A stretch of DNA of 64,000 bases from Octopus sinensis (taxonomy: Eukaryota): NCBI RefSeq assembly GCF_006345805.1, contig NC_043003.1, positions 56,730,001 through 56,794,000 on the forward strand, written 5' to 3'. The notes beneath the pieces were generated by a model. That model made no database searches. It worked only from the letters and a program-made list of their open reading frames with translations, and had not been told where the DNA came from. Below, in pieces: positions 54,140 through 64,000 of this stretch (positions are counted from its first letter, which is position 1; every line of letters begins with the position of its first letter). Both the position numbers and the translations under genes were made by a program.

Positions 54140-55230
54140 AATTCTCTTGAAAATTGATATAATTTTGGTAACATGATGTTACAATAAGTACCAGCACGAA
54201 AGGGTTTATACCCCAAGCACATTCATGCTTACATGCTTGTTACACGAGGAGATGACGCTCCAGCATTAACAACAATGCAAATTGAGGCAGCTGACTTGAA
54301 TATCACACAAGGTCTGGACGTCCTGCAACTGCTAAAACTAAGGAAAACATTAGTTGCGTTCACCACATGGTGATGGATAACAGGCGATTGATTATAAATC
54401 AAATGGCCAATGTTATTAGCTAATCTTGGTAGGGAGATTATAATATTCTAGGTTTTGAACTTGGCATGGTGATGGTTTGTGCTCGGTAGTCACCACGTAT
54501 CTGACATCTGATCAAAAAGGCACTAGGCTAAACATATCAGGGGAAATATGACAGTGTTTGAGGTTTCCTTGAACGATTCCTGACCGAAGATGAGTAATAG
54601 GTTCATCATACCGAGCTAGAAGCAAAGAGACAATGCATGTAGAGGAAACACCTTGTCTTAACTGCTCCAAAGATGGAGCAGGTAAGATATGCAGGGAAAA
54701 TGATGACCTCAATATTTTGGGATGCAAAATGCATTGTGTTTATGGATTATCGTCAAAGGTGTCATACCATCAATGGAAATTTGTACCCCAACAAGCTGAG
54801 GTAGTTACAAAAGGCTATTAAAACCAAAGAACCATGAAAAATAATGAAAAGTGGTATTGTTTCTTGAAGACAATGTTCGAATACATACATTCTTGGTTTC
54901 AATGGTTGCTGTGCATTCCTGTGGCTTTGAAGTTGTCGACCACCTATCCCATTCTGATGATATGGCTCCGTCTAGCTATCATCTGTTCCCAACATGAAAA
55001 AAACATTTGGCTGGGGAACAGTATCGTAGTAATGATGAAGTCATATATGCTGTTGATGGCATTTTTGTCCAACAGGATGAAAGCTTCTCCATATATAGGA
55101 CCCAAGCACTGCAACACGGATTAAAGTAATGTGTGAATCGCAAGGGGGACTATGTTGATGAAAACCAATTTCGTCATATTCAATGAGAATATTTTGTTCA
55201 GCGTATGAACTATTCTTCCGACACTCATAT
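54140..55230 (+). mobile_element. Decayed near-full-length mariner (Himar1/irritans-like) element
   Basis: RSGRPATAKTKENISCVHHMVMDNRRL, RFLTEDE**VHH, GKMMTSIFWDAKCIVFMDY, DNVRIH, APSSYHLFP and KGDYVDE in colinear order; many stops and frameshifts. Confidence 0.85.
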
Positions 55231-55695
55231 ACATTAATTTACAAATAATTGCAATTCACAATGCCTGAATCGGCGTGTTTATAGGATCTGGCTTGATGGC
55301 TAGACACATTTTACGATGCTACTTCAACACAGCATTTCCTCTGCTCTTGTCTGAAATGTTTTGCTATAATACTTGATATGCTTGCGCAAGCATCAGAAGT
55401 TATAGATGAATGAGAGTATTTTAAAAGGATGCTGGAAGATAAGAGAGAGAACCCCGCCTGCAGGTGTGGGTAAAGAGTATGAGAGAAAGGTAGCGCAATC
55501 AAAGATCTGATCTAACCGGATTACAGGGTCCACAAACAATCGGCTGTACAAGGTTTTAGGAAATAAATTTCACGTTTTCTCACATCGAGATTCAAAATCT
55601 GAATCTATTATTACACTCGTACAAAAAGCATAAACATATGCACGTACGTTTGTGTGTATCTGTATTGATATAAATGCATTATATACATACATACA

Positions 55696-55727
<32 letters not shown>

Positions 55728-55729
55728 AT

Positions 55730-56670
55730 AATTGGCCCTTTTCGTCTATGCAGACGGTCAATTTAGCTTAGAGGTTACTTAATCGAACATAGTAGAGGCT
55801 GCCTTTCTTGCAGCTTCTTTCATGGCTGATTTTCCCTCTGATTGAAGCGCAGCTTCTGTCACAGTACTTGCATACCAAGTGGGTGGCTCAGTGCTCTTCA
55901 TGTCTGTTGTTTTCCTTTCGCCGCTGACGCTTCTCAACTTGTTTGTTTCTGTAGCTGCTCTCTAGCGAAGCATTTCATTCCTTCACCACCGTCCTCCATG
56001 TTGTTCTGTTCTCAGCCTTCTCTTCCCATGTGCTGACATCCACCTCACACTTGGACAAACTAGTTTTGCAAGTGTCCTTATACCTCAGTTTGTCGATCTG
56101 ACAAAGGCATTTGATACAGTCAGCAGATCAGGACTGTACATAATTCTTGGAAAATGTAGCTGTCTCCCAGTATTATTGCAGCTAATTGTTTGGTTCCATG
56201 ATGATATGAAGGCCACCATTCAGTCTGAGAGTTTAATATCAGATAGCTTCAAAATGAACAGCGGAGTGAAACAAGGATGTGTCTTAGCACCAATCCTTTC
56301 CAGCATTTACATTGCTGTATTGCTGCAGTATGCATTTCAAGCGTTGCCGAGAGATGTCTACCTTTGTTGGAGAACTGATGGGTCACCCTTTGGTTTTTTA
56401 CACTTCGGGCCAAGACTAAGATCAATAGAGAAACAATAAGAGACTTTCTCTTCGCCGACGATGCTCACAGTGAATTAATTCTACATATAACAATGGCCCA
56501 CCCACCATCAGCATGCAGGACCTTCGATTTGGTCATCAGTGTAAAGAAGACAGAGTTGGCCAGGGCATGTCAGGAGAATGGATGACCATCGAATCCCGAA
56601 GCAACTGCTTGTGGAGATTTGGCCCAGGGCAAGAGACCAAGAGGAACTCCAAAACTAAGGTATAAAGATA
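55730..56670. mobile_element. RTE-clade LINE insertion with inverted 5' segment
   Basis: Minus strand 56091 to 55730 gives KLRYKDTCKT, TWEEKAENRTTWR and CKYCDRSCASIRGKISHERSC, ending in a (TATG)n tail. Plus strand 56089-56670 gives FVDLTKAFDTVSR, GVKQGCVLAP, FADDA, HVRRMDDHRIPKQLL and GKRPRGTPKLRYKD. Confidence 0.88.
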
Positions 56671-56697
56671 TACACACATACATACATGCAATATATA

Positions 56698-56751
<54 letters not shown>

Positions 56752-56769
56752 TATATATACATACCTATA

Positions 56770-57015
56770 TGTGGAGGCGCGTGGCTTAGTGGTTAGTGTG
56801 TCAGCACCATGATCGTAAGATTGTCGTTTCGATTCCTGGACCGGGAGACGCGTTGTGTTATTCAGCAAAGCACTCCATTTCACGTTTCTCCAGTCCACCC
56901 AGCCGGCAAAAATGAGTAACGCTGCGACGGACTGGCGTCCCATCCAGATGGGGAACACATATGCCATAGAAACCGGGATACCGGGCCCATGAACCTGGCT
57001 AGGCTTTAAAAGGGC
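56770..57015 (+). mobile_element. tRNA-derived SINE, family B
   Basis: gtggaggcgcgtggcttagtggttag head; ctgcgacggactggcgtcccatccag central block. Confidence 0.8.
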
Positions 57016-57084
57016 GTATTTAATTTATATACATATATACACACACATACATACATACATACATACATACATACATACATACAT

Positions 57085-57129
<45 letters not shown>

Positions 57130-57489
57130 TTCTGAGTGCATACTTATATGTAGGTATGTCCGTGTGTGCATATACATATGCATATATGTATGTATCTATG
57201 TATTGTATTACTTTACATGACTGTATAGAGATACGTCCTTATATATATGCCGTAGTCATGCAGATACATTTTCCCATTCTCTTATACATACACCAAAGAC
57301 CTGTAACATTGATGTTGAGCGGTGTATTTTTTAAACATATAAAAATATTCCATGTATGTATACAAATAAAACAATTGTATATTTTATGCATTGTATATTT
57401 GTTTCAAATGTTTGCATTCTGTTGCTTCTCTGATTATACAAATTTATATCTACACACACATGTTCACATGTGCATACGTGCACACACAG

Positions 57490-57525
<36 letters not shown>

Positions 57526-57526
57526 A

Positions 57527-57560
<34 letters not shown>

Positions 57561-57768
57561 ATCATATACATCGATATATGTATGAAAATTAGAATAAGAA
57601 AGATTGATCAGTGTGTGTGAGTGTGCCTATGTCAGTGATTGTGTGAGTGTATCTGTATGTGTATATGTGTGTATGTGTGTGTATGTGTCTGAGTGTATGT
57701 GTGTATTTACAACACTGATCTGTACATATACACACATACATATATCAGCCTCTTGATCTATCTATCTG

Positions 57769-57869
<101 letters not shown>

Positions 57870-58781
57870 GAGTGTACGATTGTGTGTGCGTGTTTATGTG
57901 TGTGCGAATGTGTATATGTGTATACATGCATGTATGTATGTATATGTAACTGTTTGTAAATGCTATATGTAAGCATTTACTCTATCGATCGTTCAATACA
58001 TCTGCATTAGCTTTTGTGCGTGTATTTATGCTGTAGTCATTTGACTAAGAAGTTCACTACGGAAGCGTAAATTCCCATTCGCTGGTTCGATCACAATGTA
58101 TGAATCCTTGGTTACGTATTGTGAATGATATTAGGTACTCAGAACTTTATAGACCCTCCAGTGATCTACACTTGTGATACAAGAGCAGGTCTACTTATAC
58201 GAAGTCGTGCTTATACTGCTTAATAATTACATTAATAAAAGAGTCTATAGACTTCCCAATGAAATACACCCAATTTCAAGGAGTAGCCAATTAAATTCAT
58301 TGGACTAGTGTAATACTCATTGACGAAGTCGACAAATAATTTGCTTTACACTTCCTAACACGCGCACACTCTCACGCACACGCATATACACACACGCTCA
58401 TATATACATACACAGAGAAACAAACACAGACATCTATAGATCTAATGTACACACACGATGTAATATATATATATATATAAATTTATATACTAACGTACAT
58501 AGGCACACACACACACAAACACACACACACGAACGTACACACATATACACATCCATCCATCCATATATATATGTATATATATATATACATAAACGCGCAG
58601 AAACTCATCATCTTGCTTTATATTATGCGTGTTCATATAATTATACGAACGGCCATGCACGCAGGAATTTGTATATTTTTTTATATATGTGTATACATAT
58701 ATCTATACATGTATGCATACATGCGTGTGTGTATGTATGTCGTATATACATATATATACATATATATATGTGTATATATAT

Positions 58782-58833
<52 letters not shown>

Positions 58834-59078
58834 TATATATGTACATATATATAAGCATATATATGCATATATATGTATATATGTGTATATGTGTGTATGT
58901 ATGTGTATTTTTGTTTATGTATATACATACATACACGTCAAGAGGGTGTAAACGTGAATTTCCTCTATCAGGTCTCCATTCAATCGAATGTTAGAAATAT
59001 GAGAATAAGAATGAGAAAGAAAAGAAAAAAAAGAGTAAAATCAGAATAGAATCTAATTAAAGTAACATCTGAATGTGT

Positions 59079-59092
59079 ACGTCACTTCCGGC
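59079..59092 (-). promoter_or_regulatory. Candidate overlapping ETS-CRE motif (GCCGGAAGTGACGT)
   Basis: Plus strand acgtcacttccggc, outside any recognised repeat; motif match only, with no TSS evidence. Confidence 0.3.
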
Positions 59093-59139
59093 TATAGTTG
59101 TTTACCGCTTGACTAACAAAGGAACATTGTTAAGAACAT

Positions 59140-59338
59140 TGTCAACAACAACAACAACAACATCATATATAACAAAAGACAACAAATATATCGAGAAACA
59201 ACAAATATCTCATGTGATGAAGAAAGTACCAATAACATCAAGAACATCGACATCAACTGATGCAAATAGTTAAAGAATTGCAACAAAAGCAGCAAGGACT
59301 ACGGCGTCGTCGTCATCATCATCATCATCATCATCATC

Positions 59339-59371
<33 letters not shown>

Positions 59372-59632
59372 AAAAGCAGTAACCAGAAAATCAGGAGGTG
59401 TAGTAGCTGCAGCATCATCAAGAGTAGTAGCAACAACATCATCAACCACAACAAAGACCTCAAGAGCAGCAGCAGCAATAATAATAGTAGCAACAACAAC
59501 AGCAGCAACAACAATAACGACAACGACAGCAAAGACATCAGCAATAATTTCGAATACAACTACTACTACTACTACTATTACTACTACTACTACTACTACT
59601 ACTACTATTACTACTACTACTACTACTACAAA

Positions 59633-59690
<58 letters not shown>

Positions 59691-59705
59691 ATTACTACTA
59701 CAGAG
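59140..59705. repeat. Degenerate compound trinucleotide region (CAA/CAT/CAG/CTA)
   Basis: Seen directly; gives long stop-free frames on both strands. Confidence 0.85.
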
Positions 59706-60459
59706 GATTCAGTGATAGCAACGGTGATAACTTCAGCAGAATGCACACCAATGATACTCTTGGGAGACTCTCATAAAATAGTTTTGCTAGAAATATAATC
59801 CAAATTACTCTAAACTAGCATCCTTCTAACTTAAAATCAGGATGACAAAATCGGTAATGTAATATGTATATTCAATACAATATTAGTCTGTCAAATATAT
59901 AATGATGTGATGGTCGTGGTTGGAATATTTTTGATTAATGTTGATTTGGTGATATGGAAAATGATAACGACAAGCAGAACTCAACTACCCAACGCGAAAA
60001 TCTGTATGCAGGCGCTGATGCTGCTAACAGTAACAGCTAATCTTTCCGAAACTTCACATTATGCCTTCCTGAATTACGAAGCACGCAGCATATCTGGTGT
60101 AACTCTAGGCTCTCAAACGGGAATAAATTTGCACTTCTCATGAGTTACAAATGGATCATAAGAATAGCATTTGAGTAAACTGATGTACAATGTAATTGCA
60201 TCGTTAGAATTTAGCTTACAAAAGCAATCAGTCCAGCAGCTGACTATTCTTCTTGCTTTCATACTAATAAATTATATATAAGTTATATTCAAGGCCACCA
60301 TATGTAAATCAGTGATTACGTCAACCGGTTAATGAATCTATATAACCGGTTAATGATATAGATTCATTAATCGGTTGACATAAATGACATGCAATTTCTT
60401 ACTTCTGAATGAACCAGTACCTTACCTAATTGATACATTTATGTTCTAAATATACTAAA

Positions 60460-61220
60460 ACAGATCCTTAAATGAAGAGGTGAATTTGGGCATGAGTTCA
60501 GGGCATATGTCGCAAAGTACTGCTCGGGCAAAGAAAATACTCTTGGTTGAGTTTCGTGACATCTTTAAAATCAGAATACAAACTCTAACAATAACTAGAG
60601 GGAGAAGAATACTACTTATGAAAGACAAAAACAAGGGTAATACAGCTAGCAATTAGAGACCAATCGTTTGCTTGCCATTAGTGTGGAAGCTGTTAACAGG
60701 AATGCTTTCAGAAAGCATTTTCTAGCAACTTCACAGCCAGAATTTACTGTCAAAAGAACAGAAAGGTTGCAGGAAGAATGCTATTATACATAGACAAAAC
60801 AGTTCTAAATGAAACAAAATATAGAAGGATAAATATAACAATAGCATCGACAGATTACAAGAAATCCAACGGCATGATACAACGCTCGTAGATAAGTGAA
60901 TGTTTGAGTATATTCAATATTGCAGATAGCATAAGTTAATTAATTAGCTTTAGCATGAAGAAATGGAAAGTAGAGTTCTACTCAGATGACATAGTCTTAG
61001 GGAAAGTTAATATCAAGAGGGGAATTTTCCAAAGAGACTTGTTACCCTCATAAAATGTTTGTTCCCCCTTAATCTAGTATTAATAGGAATTCAATATGAA
61101 TGGAAGTCTCCACCCAAGGGCAAGAGACGAAGGATTATACATACCTAGAAAGGAAAGTAGAAGAGGGTTAATATCAGTAGAAGGTTGCGTGGAGTTAGCT
61201 AGAGTAGATATAGCATGAAA
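60460..61220 (+). mobile_element. Old R4/Dong-type RT fragment with internal deletion
   Basis: KGNTASN*RPIVCLPLVWKLLTG, EQKGCRK, DYKKS, KRGIFQRDLLP, then directly HPRARDEGLYIPRKESRRGL; the YMDD region is missing. Confidence 0.8.
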
Positions 61221-61769
61221 CAAGTTACTGAATCATCTGTAACGGGTATTTTTCTCAAAAGAGCCGGAACAGTATCTATGAAAAAGGAGCATTAAGATTA
61301 CCTTGACAATACAACAAGCTGGTATGATCTGGTATCCCCGTACAATATCAGAAGCTAAAATAGTAAAGACATGTCCAAAAATATTTTCTGTTGTGCTCAC
61401 ATCATACATTATTTTGAACGCATGTGAGACGTTACATTTTGGAGAATTTTGTATTCTCATAAAGAACAATGACCACCCAAAAATATTGAAAATACTGATA
61501 GAGATAGACAATATGAAACTGAGGTTTTGCCAATGGTAACAATGAACAGATTTCTGGTGTATCGCTGCAAACTATATTTCGTTTGCTGCCGGCGGAATAC
61601 TAAAAATACACTACAGCTCTGATTGCCTTCCACTTATATTGCTGGAATATGGTGCATCGAATAGGGGCAGTGAAATTCTTCGGTATTTCATGAGGAGCGA
61701 TGCATCGATATTTCTGGCGGAGGAATTTTCAGTGGGTGACAGTCTATCGATGTGATTATAACATATAGT

Positions 61770-62090
61770 CTGTCAACCGAAGTTCATTGGATTTCTGATT
61801 CTATTTTCTTCTCCTCGATTAGCTCACCATCTAATGCTTCTTCTTTCCATTGCATCTATCAATATCACATTTGTTTGCTTCATAAAACCATAAACTTCTC
61901 ATACTGTGTGTTGTATACATCTTGGCATTTGCTCATATATTTTCATTTGTGTTTTGTTATATCATCTTGGCGTTCATAGCAATTTATCACAACTCTCCAG
62001 CCTCCATTTGTTGCTTAATATCGGAAGAAGACAATGAAGCAGTACAGCTGGAAGGCGAACTATCATGCCATAACCCTGCTATGCTTTGTA
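61770..62090 (-). mobile_element. Possible very old R4/Dong-type thumb-region fragment
   Basis: Minus-strand remnants NGGWRVVINCYE (GGRGL-like) and QWKEEALDG (W.EK.LHG-like); weak. Confidence 0.35.
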
Positions 62091-62474
62091 TTAATTCAAG
62101 ATTTACCTAATTCCTGAGTAAATGTACGCGCAGGCAACATATTTATAATGATAACAAATTAGATAAATTGTGCAGAGCCAAGGCTCTTATTAGAAATGCA
62201 ATGATGTGTTAATAACGTAATAACACGAATGGAAATGGCGTCAAATTGGAAAATAAATTGGGATCGTAGAGGCAAAGCACTGCAAGCGGTTTGGATTCTA
62301 GGACTCTCAGCACTGCTTTTCATCATAATGTTTTGTTAGATTAGGATACGGCCTCTCATTTGTAGAAAAAGCAACGTTAGATATTTCGACGTTCTTCATA
62401 GGTTTCCTATAACGTAATGAAAGTATAATAGCTATAAGCAGGTTCTTAAGCATTAGCAGTAAGTAGTATACACT

Positions 62475-62490
62475 ATTATTATTATTATTA

Positions 62491-62529
<39 letters not shown>

Positions 62530-62685
62530 GATTATTATTATTATTATTATTATTCGCTTAACTGCTCCTGATTTATCTATTTCACGTCTGAGTTACATCC
62601 TGCAGCTTAGAGACGTAACACTTCCAATTATTATTATTATTTTATTGTTGTTGTTTTATTATTATTATTATCATTATTATTATTA

Positions 62686-62764
<79 letters not shown>

Positions 62765-62828
62765 ATTGTTGTTATTATTTTTATTATTGTTATTATTGTT
62801 ATTGTTGTTGTTATTATTTTTATCATTG

Positions 62829-62885
<57 letters not shown>

Positions 62886-62897
62886 TTATTATTATTA

Positions 62898-62940
<43 letters not shown>
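62475..62940. repeat. (ATT)n/(GTT)n compound microsatellite
   Basis: Seen directly; interrupted by a unique segment of about 75 bp at 62553-62627. Confidence 0.95.
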
Positions 62941-62942
<2 letters not shown>

Positions 62943-63388
62943 CATGTGATTAAAACTCACCTTATTTTGCTGGGATGATGGATAGTGTCAGCCGTGCACA
63001 TCCACCAGATTGAGGTGACACTTGTTTACTAGTCATGCTTCAAGAACCCTTCGAAGAATACTTACCTTTCCAAGCAATACTGATTTCTGCAGGTGTTCTA
63101 CCTTTACGCTTGAACCAATGTTTTTCAGCCATGTTAGTTGTTGAGTGCTGAACTTCCAAGTGCACCAATTACTATTGATATCACGTCTATTCTCCTCATT
63201 GACCACATCCAAGTTATTTCCCATTTCAAAGCATCATAGTTGTTTATTTTTTTCTTCTTCTTTCTCATCGATTCTGTTCTCACCGGGGCATGCTATTTCG
63301 ATTATCAAACATGTTTCTTATTTATTCACTACAACAATGTCCATTTTCCGGTGATTGGTCAGGTGAACACACTGAATCATTACATCTG
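62941..63388 (-). mobile_element. Severely 5'-truncated R4/Dong-type element (RLE domain plus 3' UTR) inside (TAA)n
   Basis: Minus strand gives DVMIQC, HRKMDIVVVNK, CLIIEIACPGENR, YDALKWEI, IVIGALG and HLQKSVLLGKVSILRRVLEA*; (AAT)n on both sides on the element strand. Confidence 0.85.
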
Positions 63389-63389
63389 T

Positions 63390-63418
63390 TGTTGTTATTA
63401 TTATTATTATTATTATTA

Positions 63419-63450
<32 letters not shown>

Positions 63451-63561
63451 TATTATTATTATTATTATCATTAATATTATCATTATTATTAATATTATTA
63501 TTATTATTATTATTATTATTGTTATTATCGTTATTATTATTATTATTGTTATCATTTTTAC

Positions 63562-63599
<38 letters not shown>

Positions 63600-63620
63600 T
63601 ATTATTATTATTATTATTAA
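63390..63620. repeat. (ATT)n microsatellite
   Basis: Seen directly. Confidence 0.95.
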
Positions 63621-63985
63621 AGGCGGCGGCGAGCTGGCAGAAACGTTAGGACGCCGGGCGAAATGCTTATTGGCATTTCGTCTGTCGCTACGTTCTGAGT
63701 TCAAATTCCGCCGAGGTTGAATTTAAGTTTCATCCTTTCTTGGTCAATTAAATAACTACCAGTTACGCACTGGGGTCGATATAATCCACTTAATCCGATT
63801 GTCTCTCCCTGTTTGTCCTCTCTGTATTTAGCCCCTTGTGGGTAGTAAAAAAATAGGTATTTCGTCTGTTTTTACGTTCTTAGTTCAAATTCCTCCGAGG
63901 TCGACTCTGCCTTTCATCCTTTCGGGGTCCAGAAATTAAGGTCGATCCAATCGACTTGCGCCCTCCCCCAAATTTTCGGGCAGTA
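63621..63985 (+). mobile_element. SINE family C with internal 184-bp duplication
   Basis: ggcggcgagctggcagaaacgttagg head; internal units start at 63674 and 63858. Confidence 0.9.
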
Positions 63986-64000
63986 TGACTAGAGTAGAAA

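Noticed and set aside
59270-59746. 158-aa minus-strand poly-Val/Asp ORF
   Set aside because: Product of degenerate triplet repeats with implausible composition.

Overview
AT-rich, repeat-saturated eukaryotic DNA with one 100-N assembly gap (4497-4596). I find no recognisable host protein-coding gene, rRNA, tRNA or CRISPR array, so the window is probably intergenic or lies inside a long intron. The SINE families and the (TA)n/(TG)n/(TAGA)n/(TATG)n load look like an octopus/cephalopod genome; this is an inference from pattern recognition, with no search run. Nearly all ORFs in the supplied track are microsatellite read-through. The informative content is mobile DNA: (1) a young, 5'-truncated R4/Dong-type non-LTR retrotransposon (RT YMDD, zinc knuckle, restriction-like endonuclease; one frameshift) at 38.6-40.2 kb abutting an (AAT)n tract, plus older R4/Dong fragments at 60.5-63.4 kb, one of them embedded in (TAA)n; (2) RTE-clade LINE 3' ends, two with 5' inversions, one being a twin-priming-like structure at 55.7-56.7 kb; (3) Penelope-like remnants with degenerate minimal hammerhead-like motifs; (4) decayed Tc1/mariner elements (two DD37D/maT-like, one DD41D-like, two mariner-like) and a hAT-type MITE with an 8-bp TSD; (5) at least three tRNA-derived SINE families, including a SINE-derived tandem array. 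It also holds a near-identical 1.24-kb tandem duplication, several fold-back palindromes and an ETS-CRE-like motif at 59.08 kb. All protein motifs were translated by eye and family assignments rest on motif recognition.
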